Shown here piece after piece: positions 1 to 10,162 of a stretch of 62,592 nt of DNA. The DNA is taken from contig MCFE01000523.1 in assembly GCA_002104905.1 (NCBI GenBank), positions 1 to 62,592 of the forward strand, in the 5' to 3' direction. Made by a program: the position numbers and the translations under genes. The stretch is from Basidiobolus meristosporus CBS 931.73 (taxonomy: Eukaryota > Fungi > Basidiobolomycota). Position 1 is the stretch's first letter; the number at the start of each line of letters is the position of its first letter. Below the pieces are notes generated by a model that saw only the letters and a program-made list of their open reading frames with translations, was not told where the DNA came from and did no database searches.

Positions 1-542
1 CAAATCTTCAGTTCTGGACTCTAGGGCTGATACAAGGCCCTGAAGCCTGTCTGTCAGGCTATTCAGGATGGTTACTATCACATCCTCATCAGTAGTTGGT
101 ACACCACCAGATTCCATCTCATCTACCAGCAGGGTAATTCTGTTAATTAGATTTTTCATTTCTTCTCCTGGCAGCATCTTTGTAGTAAAGAATTTTTGTC
201 TCAGATACATTTTCTTAGCAGCTGAATATGACTGGTAGTTGTCTTCTAATACCTTCCAGGCATTCTTACCATTTTTGCTCTGGAGCATTGAACTAGCAAT
301 TTGTCTTTAACATTAAGGCAAATGCAGTTAAAGGCACTTTGTCCTTTCTTATGGTACTTTAAGGTCTCCTCTCCCATGCTTTTAGGAAGGTGTTCTTCTC
401 CCATCACAGTGCCCCAAAGGCCTCATTCATGTAGCAGCATCTTTATCTTCCCCTTCCACACTTGGTAGTTAGATCCATCCAACCTCTCAGCAGAGGGAAA
501 AAATTCCGGTAATGGCAGTAGTAGACATTGCAGAGAGTGACA
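1..542 (-). pseudogene. Ty1/copia gag 5' fragment (UBN2-type gag), decayed; element continues off the left edge
   Basis: 1-~300 aligns with the gag at 58702-59065. ATG at 528 reads MSTTAITG..ERLDGSNYQVWKGKIKMLLHE*GLW with one frameshift and a TGA stop. Directly follows the PBS and 5' LTR on the minus strand. Confidence 0.9.
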
Positions 543-559
543 GCTTGGGGCTCATAACC
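543..559 (-). promoter_or_regulatory. Primer-binding site GGTTATGAGCCCCAAGC (Ty5/copia-type initiator tRNA-Met half-molecule priming)
   Basis: Immediately abuts the LTR end on the minus strand. Identical 17-mer follows the LTR at 5671-5687. Confidence 0.85.
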
Positions 560-907
560 TGCTGTAAGAGTCTTGGAGATATTGGAAGTGATTGGGAGGA
601 CAAGTAGATTATGTGGTTTTCACTCAATGCTTTGATGAATGTAAAAGTAGTGTTTATACTTAACATGATCCTGGCATAACAAGCACATAAAATTGGTTAA
701 GAAAGGTCCCAAGAACATGTGTGCAAAGTTTGGGGCTGTTTGGACAACCTTGAGAATTTTCATGTTCTGGGTACTTGGTATTTTGGTGAAAATATTCTAA
801 GTAAATCCCAACAAAGAATTTGGTCAGTATTCTCTAGGATTTGAAGGTAATGATCTAAGTGACTATGTTAGGTGAATACTTAGGTGGAATTTCAAATTTT
901 TACAATA
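560..907 (-). repeat. 5' LTR (~348 bp) of copia family
   Basis: TGCTG...CAATA termini (family consensus TGTTG...CAACA). Clearly alignable to the LTRs at 54631-54979 and 57148-57496. PBS adjacent. Confidence 0.92.
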
Positions 908-1181
908 GTAGCAAGCCTCTCGGCCATGAAGCATGCAGACAGCATAGGAAGTATCACAAGGATCACTGCCAGTATTTTGCCTCACAAATCATATTTTACA
1001 ATTCATTGGTCACTACTGTACAAACATTATCTTGCCTGCCAGTTAGTACTTCTATACTGGCACCTGGCTGTCTTTGTCACCTTGCGCAAATTGAGTCAGG
1101 TAAGTTTGTGACACCTTTAGGCTCACCTCAGCCTTCTGAATATGCATACAGAGTGATAGCTCTAACCAAGAAGGTCCACTG

Positions 1182-3560
1182 ATGAATTGTGAGCCTATCA
1201 CCGCTAACAACAGTACCATGTATGAGCCTGGTCAAATCCCAATATGCAATGAGACTACCCCTGTTGAAACAAATGCCAAGGATACTTCATGGAGCCAAGT
1301 GCGCCCAGTAATCCATCTATTAGTGAATGATGTAATGTTATGGCTAGAGAAGTGGCACATTTCCACTAAGATTGTTAATGGGGGCTTCAAGGAATTATTA
1401 CTACTTCTTGTCAAAATCATTCAGGGATGCAACTTACCATGTGCATGGCACAAGAGGCCAACAATGTACATGGTACAAATGAACAGCCATCACTCAGCTG
1501 GCAACATATGATCCAGAGACTGTCCTGATTCCGGCATGTGTTAACAGTTGCATGGCATTCACATCCAAAAATGCTACCATTGCAATGTGTCCAAATTGTC
1601 AGGAATCCACCACCATTGAGGGAAAACATTGTTCACACTCTGGATATATTCTGGTAATACCCTGACTGAGGAAGCTAATGCAGTCCAACAAATATTGCAA
1701 AGCTATACAGTACTGTACTCATATCAATCAAGCGCAAACATATCCAATACATTTGATGGCAAACATTACAAACAGCTAAGAAGCAAGGGCTACTTTGAAG
1801 GTATACATGACCATGCCTTTGCCTTAGCTCTTGATGGGTTCTCATTAAACAAGTACTCTACCAGCAAATCCGGCGGGCCACTGCCCCCTATCTTATGGTA
1901 TCAGAGCAACCATCTGATGGTAGTCTCACTGGTATCTGGGTCTATATCACTGTCCATCCTGGATAGCTACCTGTTACCATTACTGGATGCATTTGTATGC
2001 TTTCCAGCGGGATAAAAGTAAATGGCCAGCATGTAAAAGTGCATATTATTAACTGCACTGGAGATACCCCAGCCATCAGCAAGATAGCAGGCTTTTCTGA
2101 GCACAATGGATGGTATTGCTGTCAAATGTGTGAGTTCCAGGGGATTTACCCCACAACTCACACACATTATTATTACCCAAGGACCAGCACTAACAACATC
2201 ATCTTCCTACAGAGAGAACATACAGAAGTCAGCATACAATTGCAGCAAAGTTGGCAAGCTATAAGCCATTGGTTGGAATATGGAATCAATTGGAAACCGG
2301 AGATACATAAGATAGAGGGTATTTATTTGAGCAAAAGCTTTCCACTGGGAGTAATGCATTTGCTTTTCAACAAAATTCTTATACTGATGACAAAGTTGTA
2401 CATGGGGCATTTCAAGCTAAATGAGCCCTTCAATATACCAGAGAAATTTGAATGAATTGCAAGATATTACTGGATATCTGCTACCCTAAGTACTACTCAT
2501 GGGTGCCAATCAATATTCAAATGCATATGCAACAATACAAATTCAAAAACTGGATGAACTGGATATGTATTTATTCAAGTGGCATTCCAAAGTCATTCCT
2601 ACCAAGAGTACATTCAAAGCACTGGGAGTCATATGTGGACATAGTAGGAATATTTATCCAGAAGTGGATCACCAATGCCAACTTGACGCATTTACAGCTG
2701 TTGTGCAAGGAGTTTGTGATGAGGTTTGAGCAGCTATACTACAAACATAAAGCTGAACATGTAGATCTCTGCTGCTACTGTATCCATTCTCTACTCCATC
2801 TTGCATGGTGTGTGGAGAATATTAGGCCTTGCTTAACCTTTTGGGAGTTTCCTATGGAGCAGATGTGAGGAGAGATAGAAAGACAAGTCAAGTTGCAGGT
2901 ACTACCATATCCTAATCTCATCAAGAATATGACCTTCAAGTCCATCATGGATATGATGAGTTGGCACATGGAGGACAGCCAGGAAGCATTGGAAAATACT
3001 GAGGACAAATGTGCACATGGAGACACCTATGCCTATAGCATTAAGAAGCTAAGCTGCCCAATGCATGAGTAATCAGTTATGTAATGCAAAGTTGGGTTGA
3101 GTGCAACAAGCAACTAGTTTTAATTAGGAAAACTCTACCTAGGTATGCTGGGTTTTGCTTGGTTACAAGCCAACTTCTACACCATTTAATACAGATTTCA
3201 CACAAACAAGAGCCAGAGCGCACCTACAAGGGGGACTAGAATCCAGCAGGGAGAAAGAATATATTGGCTAAATACCAAGAAGATTTTTGCAGATATTCAG
3301 GAGGTATTCATGGCAGAGGTGGTGACAACCAAGCATATGTTTGCAAGATGTATATGTTACCAGCAGTACAAGGTATATGGCAACTTTGCAAGTGCCAACT
3401 AAAAAGCCGTAAAGTTGAGGTGATAGAAGTATGTCAATTGTAGCAGGTGTGCGCATTTGTAGAGGTTAGTAAGCAGGAGGCCACAGTTTTTTTGATTCAA
3501 AGTATATGTGGAATACCCAAGGTAGTAGTGGGTGAGCAAATAAAGAGGGGTGATTCTAAA
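1182..3560 (+). pseudogene. CACTA/EnSpm (Transposase_21 / DUF4218-like) transposase, frameshifted
   Basis: Successive frames give ACVNSCMAF..CPNC, NTFDGKHYKQL..ALDGF, GDTPAISK..HNGWYCCQMC, GVMHLLFN and HSLLHLAW..FWEFPMEQ. These are the typical ordered CACTA transposase motifs. No clear TIRs were found. Confidence 0.75.
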
Positions 3561-3999
3561 GCGGCATATATGAATTGTACAAGGGGAGGTAGAAAAAGGA
3601 AATACTGTTTGCTAAATTGGTATGGTAGCATTTTACAGAACTAGCTGTAGGCTGCCATACTGCCATTACAATGCCATCAGAATCCTGCTGTGAAGCTGTC
3701 AAAATACTGTCAAGTTTCTTGCCATATTAGGCAATTAGATGTCCTTGCCAGTTGGATCCATTTAAAATAGTTGTAGAGCTCAATAAGACTGCAACAGTAC
3801 CATGCAATTATTGTCACAGCACCAATCAAATCTTGTCAAGTATTATCCCTTTATTTGGCAGTAAAATTAGCAAAACACTGTTGTGATCCCATCATAAGAT
3901 TTTTATCAGAGTCACTAATTCCAAGCTGCTGGTATCATGACAGTCTCTAACCAGGATCCTGATAGCTGTCACAACTACAGCTCAGAGCTCAAAACAAGC

Positions 4000-4726
4000 A
4001 GTAAAGAGATGTTAAGTTGCCTGGAGAGTGTCAGCAAGGGACAAGCAGGCCAAAACAGATGCATGAGAGCAGAATTTATCAAGGAGAAAATGTAGTTCAT
4101 TACAAGATGCACTCAGAAAAAGTAGCAGTGAAAGACGTGACAGTAATAAAGGAAAATGGCAAGGGAAAAATGTCTACCCAAGCCTGAGACAGGGAAGGAT
4201 AAGAAAAAAGCTGCATTTCTTGCCAATTAATGCCATGAGCCTGGAACAGACTGAATCCCATCATAGCCAAGAAGAATTACCAACAAGAAAACAGCTGTTT
4301 TCACAATAGTTGGAAGCACATCCAGTTGAGCTACACTCCACTGAGGTAGAGGAGTTTGCAGAGAAAGGCAATTTGTCTACCACAGCCTCCATGTCCTCCA
4401 TTGATGGCTAAGTGGACATCCCACTGACAGACAAGGCTACAATGACAAGAACTTGAAAGACTATCAAAATGCCTTTGGTGGAATTTTCAAACATTAATAG
4501 GCACACAAAGAGGTTGCAGCACTTCTTCAGGAGCAGTGCTCAAGAAAACCCACTTGAATATTGCAAGGATTTATTGCAAAGACTGGAAGATGAGGTGCTA
4601 GACCTTGCAGTTCCAGCTGAAGACCAGGATGTGTGGGAACCAGTGAATGAACAGTGGTATAAAGCTGTTGGGTTCCCACTGAAGTCATGGAAACAGAGCA
4701 TTACAGCAGAAATACTTATTGAGTAG
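4000..4726 (+). pseudogene. Decayed ORF remnant, possibly the second ORF of the CACTA element
   Basis: Stop-interrupted acidic/helical reading frame ending ...EQWYKAVGFPLKSWKQSITAEILIE. Lies downstream of the transposase in CpG-depleted DNA. No family recognised. Confidence 0.25.
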
Positions 4727-5174
4727 TGGGTTTAATGGAGTTACTTGTTGAGTGTGTGGTTGGGCTTAATGTTAGTGTAAGGTATAGGGACTTATATAGG
4801 TCAATACAATTGGCAATTGAGGTACAACTGAAATTTCAAAAGAAATAAATCAATTTGTATGCATGAAAGGTAAGAGAAATGGTTGAGTCAGGAAGTAAGG
4901 AGTGTGAAAAAGAGGCAATAGCCAATTATATGTACACAAACATAGGAGGTGATTGAGTGCCTGGGATCACAAAGTGAGCAAATTGGCAGGGAGCCAATCA
5001 AAAGCCACTTATTTATTGTTGAGATGAGAATTTTTGACTAAGTTTTTTGTGAAATCTGGGGTGCAATTATTTTTCAATGGTCTCTGCACCATGTCCTCAC
5101 AGGATCAGTACCTCTTATTCATGGGACTTGGAGTTTGTGACAGCCTTTAGATGGGATCATCACAGTGATTTTTC

Positions 5175-5321
5175 ATAGGGATAACAAGCATGTAGAATAG
5201 GCTTAGCACGGTCCCAATAAGTGTGCTAAGTTTGGGGCTGTTTGGATGACTTAGAGTATTTTCACCTAATATCAGGTACCCAGAACATGAAAATTTTCAA
5301 AGTAAATCCTGACAAGGAATG
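5175..5321 (-). repeat. Older copia LTR, left part (split by the 5322-8632 insertion; contains an internal micro-inversion)
   Basis: Matches the LTR consensus up to ...GACAAGGAATG and resumes at 8638 with TGGTCAGTG. Confidence 0.85.
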
Positions 5322-8300
5322 TGTTGTAATTATTGAATTGTCACCTAAATATTCATGCTAACTTAGTCACATAGATCTTATTCTGTGATTAGCATTCTGT
5401 CCTGACTAGATTTCTTGTCGGGATTTACTTAGAATATTTTCACCAAATTGTCAGGTACCCAGATTATTATTTTTCTCAGAGTCGTCCAAAAGACCCCAAA
5501 CTTTGCACACATATTCTTGGGACCTTCCTTAACAAACTCTACACGTTTGTTTCCTCTACTTTATCAAAAGTATAAATACCATACTTTTGATCAATAAAGC
5601 TATAAGTGAATAACATGTAAATCCTCTAGTTCTCCACATCACTTCCAATACTCCTCAGAATATTGCAACAGGTTATGAGCCCCAAGCTTGCTGTCCTCTT
5701 GGTGTCTACTATGCTTTGGATCCTTTTCTGCTAGTCTGGAGAAAGACTTTCCGCACTATTGCTCTGCTAAGGTTAAAGAAGACTACCGCTGCTAAAGGAC
5801 TATGTTTATGAGGATATTGCTGTGGAGAAGAAGGCCTTGCCTTCAAAAGATGCCTTCAGTAACTATCCAAGTTAGTTATGAAGAAGAGTCAATCAAACTG
5901 GCATGTAATTGTGTCAAGAAATATAGTATGTTGGTGCTCTACCACTACTGAAGAAAATTGCGTAATTCCAGCAATTGAGGGTCCAGATCTACAATGAAAT
6001 ATACTGCAATATGTATTCATATGACCCCAATTGACTGTTAGACGAGCTCTTGGATAGGATATTATCCTGAATTGCAAAAAAAAAATATAGATCATTATTA
6101 ATGATTGCCGGAGGAGGATTTTACCAAAAATCTGTTGCCACTCAAAATACAGCTGAGAATGCAAATACTGGAGCTGTTAGCCGCCATTCTGGACTAACTA
6201 CTGATGGAAAAAGATCTCAGAAACAAGCTTCCTGAATTGTAAGGATCCCAATGATATATAATACATATATATCCACCTGGAGTATAGATATGTACTACAC
6301 AATCCATTAGAAGAATGCTATAATTGTATCAAGTGTTTTGATACTGAAACCAGTGTACCAGGAGCTAAATATGGAGCTGTTAGACGTGCTATCACTCTGT
6401 TTAAGTCTCAAAACAGTGGGAGAAAGTATTATACAAATTTAGCAAAATCAACTCATGAAGATTCTACCGCCAGCCAAAGGAGTGAAGCATATAATTGCAA
6501 GCCTGATTGGAGTATACAACCAAGCAACAGTTGGTCAGTACACAGCTAAGAGCCACTCAGAAGATAACATAGTACTTTATACTTGTTATATATATATCAC
6601 TTATTACAGTGGGAGAAAACACTTGGTGATATTTAACTTCTCTGGATCAGATCAGAAGAATTTTGATTGATCAAGTCACCGCCAAGTTCTGCAACTCAAA
6701 ATACTGATATATTAGAGTCTGATACCAAAGTATTGATGAAGCTAGCTATCAAATGCAGTTTATTTGATCAAATTTGGTCAACTCTATCAAAAGTTATGAA
6801 TGATCTAAGTGGATGCCGATTTTGATTATTTCACTCTCAAATAGTCAGATATTCTGGAACAATGATGTCATGGAGACTCTTGTGCTCAAAAACACCGTGG
6901 TCCCACCTGCAAGGAAGTCCAGAACCACCCCACAAAAGGAATTATCCCTGGGTCATCAGCAGAAAAAGAAAAGAAGAAAAAATGGAAAATACTACTACCG
7001 CAAACTAGGGTACTTCCCAAATGGTGCCAAAACTTATGTGGGCCATATTTGGACTATCTGGCAATGCAGATATGTTCTATGGAGCCTCTTGTACGAAGTT
7101 CTCAAGCTAGAAACCCCAGAAGAGCCTTGAAACTTCAACAGGATCTGTTAGATATTGTAGTATATATTAGAACAGATTATTTAGTGCAGAAGTCTTGATG
7201 TCTGCTGTCTATGGAGCTGAAAGAAAAAGGTGCAAGGATCAACCAGATGGTTTTTATGGATTCTGAAGACACTGAGAAGATCAGTTAGCCTTGGAAACCG
7301 AGCTCAAGGTTGAAAATAACTATCAGGAGAATAAGGATAATCAAAGCCCTTGTTAAGGAGAATCTCACTTCTGGAAAAGCGCCAATCTCTATTCTACAAG
7401 TATATTCTGATAAGACAAAAGCAGCTGTATCAATCCAAATCAGTAGAAGCACTCTAAGAATAGCTACCAAACAACCCATGGTGTTGTCCAATACCATACT
7501 GGGTAAATCAAGAAGCAAATGGATTTTGAATCTACCGCATATGAAGTAATCAGTCCAAAGAAAGTTATTGCTATTTAAAGAAGACAAAGATGACCATTCT
7601 AGATCATATTTGTGGATCTGAATCACTAAACAGACGTGGTTCAAGTGGGAGCAGGCCATCCCAGCTCAGAGTTGAGCAAAAACCTTCTTTTTTTGGCCAT
7701 GTTATATGTGCCACAGTGCCAGGAAACAAGGATAATCCGGATCAGGCGTAAATGACAAAACCTTAACTTGACCCAAAGTAGGTCACTATTTTTTACCTCA
7801 TATAGCATCTATATGATGGAAGTAACTGTCCCTGAGCCTAATATGGACACACAGTGAAGTTGTCTAAATGGATTAGACTGTTGGCCGGAAATAAGGAAAC
7901 TCCAGATCTGCCGTAAATGACAAAACCTTAACTTGACCAAAAGTGGGTCAATTTTGCTCAAATAAGAAGCATTGGATAGCCCAGAGGCTATATACCATTA
8001 TTACAATCTGTCAATTAGACTCAGCTTATTATTCAAGCCCGTACAACTGATCAAAGTTGATGATTAGTATTATGATCAGATCATTCAGATTTTTAGGCAT
8101 ATTACTAAGTAGATATGCATACTGAATTCCAAGTTACTTGTTCTATTAAGTTGAACACAAATGCATACACCTTTGGATAATATATTAGTCCAGTATGCAA
8201 AACAGTTAAATCTTATACGCTTATTACAGATTGCACACTCACAATATGTATTTATTACTCATGAATATTTTGTTGAGTGGGAGTGTTGTAATTATTGAAT

Positions 8301-8632
8301 TGTCACCTGAATATTCATGCTAACTTAGTCACATAGATCTTATTCTGTGATTAGCATTCTGTCCTGACTAGATTTCTTGTCGGGATTTACTTAGAATATT
8401 TTCACCAAATTGTCAGGTACCCAGATTATTATTTTTCTCAAAGTCGTCCAAAAGACCCCAAACTTTGCACACATATTCTTGGGACCTTCCTTAACAAACT
8501 CTACACGTTTGTTTCCTCTACTTTATCAAAAGTATAAATACCATACTTTTGATCAATAAAGCTATAAGTGAATAACATGTAAATCCTCTAGTTCTCCACA
8601 TCACTTCCAATACTCCTCAGAATATTGCAACA
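5322..8632 (+). mobile_element. Non-autonomous LTR retroelement (LARD-like, 3.3 kb) with 349-bp LTRs at 5322-5670 and 8284-8632
   Basis: TGTTG..CAACA LTRs differing at 2 positions by eye. PBS at 5671-5687, PPT GAGTGGGAG at 8275-8283. 5-bp TSD GAATG at 5317-5321 and 8633-8637. No gag/pol motif recognised inside. Confidence 0.92.
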
Positions 8633-8637
8633 GAATG

Positions 8638-8724
8638 TGGTCAGTGTTTGCTAGGATTTGAAGTTAATGATCTAAGTGACTTAGTTAGGTGAGCATTTAG
8701 GTGCAATTACAAGCTTTTACAACA
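8638..8724 (-). repeat. Older copia LTR, right part
   Basis: Continues the LTR consensus to ...CTTTTACAACA. Confidence 0.85.
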
Positions 8725-9700
8725 TCTTAAGCTTACAGACCAAATGGAGGCCATCCTGGTCAGCACAAGCATCACACTGGTCCATGTTGATGTGGTCATC
8801 AAGTTCCCTGTTTAAAAATGCAGCTTCTTTGTATGTTTGGTAAATGAAAAACTTATGTTTGGCCACAATAGCCAATATTAATCTGATGGAACAAAACTTG
8901 GCTACAGGTGCAAAGGTTTCAGTATAGTCCAGTCCATTTGTTTGATAGTATTCATTGGCTACAAGTCCTGCTTTTGATCTTTTGATTGTACCATGAGCAC
9001 TATATTTTGTCTTAGTGACCCATCTGCATCCAATTGATTTGCAGTTGCTTAGTACCTTGACCAGGTGCCAAGCTTGATTTTCCATTAGAGCCTAATATTC
9101 CTTGGTCATTTCAGATCTTCATGACTTAGCTTAAGGACTATTAGGGGCCTTTTTCACTGTCTATGGCACATCAATAAGGACTGAATAGGTGCAGGCTAAG
9201 CTTGTGCCCTCATTTATATAATAATAGTGGCTATTTCTAACAAGGTTGAATCTTCAGCTTTATGGTACTGGAATGATTACATTAAGGATACTCCTGGGCA
9301 CTAATACTACCTAAAATACAGCTTTCAAGTCCTCTAGAGTGGGAGAGCTCATTGTTGTGTCTGATAGGATTCTAACTGTTGCTGGGCCAGAGATTGAATT
9401 TTTGTCATTACCCAGAGTGATTTTGTGAAATTTTGAATAATTTCATGAGATTTGTACAGGCAAGTGAAGAGCTTTGAGGTATATATAACATCATTGTCAG
9501 TGTATATTTTGCTGAATTTCTTACTATCTCCTCTCTCCACCATGGCTTCAGGCTCCCTGAACTTGGGCAGAGCTTCTTCCTTGCTCTCATTGAAGTAGAC
9601 CTGTGTGTTTCTTGTCCATAGTGAGCAACTATGATTAAATACTTCTTTTTACCTAGGGATAAATTTTGCATGGGTTCACATAAATCTGAGTGAGCCACAT
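8725..9700 (-). pseudogene. Deleted/decayed copia integrase and RT fragments
   Basis: AHSDLCEPMQNLSLG..KY (integrase) and SIGCRWV..LVA..GLDYTETFAPVAK (RVT_2). Collinear with the pol at 55915-58938 but with large deletions. Confidence 0.88.
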
Positions 9701-9817
9701 AAGCTTTTCCTGAATTTTGCCTAATCCAATGCTGCTGAATGGTTGACTGACTTTTTTTCCATATATCCAGGTTTCCAGTGGTCTAATCAGCTAGGAATCA
9801 GTTTTTAGTCTGGAAAT

Positions 9818-10162
9818 TACTGTAAATTTTATTATTGTATCTTAGTATACACTCCAATTGATTGCCTAGATCATTGTCTACAAGTGTTAGAATGTTATGA
9901 CTAAGCTGCTTGTTAGGATTTATGCCAGCTATTTTCAGCAAAATATTAGGTACCCAAGACATTAAAAATCTTGGGGTTGCTCAAACAGACCCAGACTTTG
10001 CATATAGGCTCTTAGGACATTCCTGACAATATTCTGTATTTTGTATTCCCAAAACTATGTAAAAGTATCAGTACTACTCTTTCAATCAATAAATCATTGA
10101 GTGAAAACAACAAAATCTGTTGTTTTTCAAACACTGACATTATCTCCTAAGCTTGTATAGCA
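9818..10162 (+). repeat. Degenerate copia LTR
   Basis: Patchy match to the LTR consensus (GGATTTA..ATTTTCA..AGGTACCCA..CAATAAATCATT..GTGAAAAC). Ends approximate. Confidence 0.65.
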
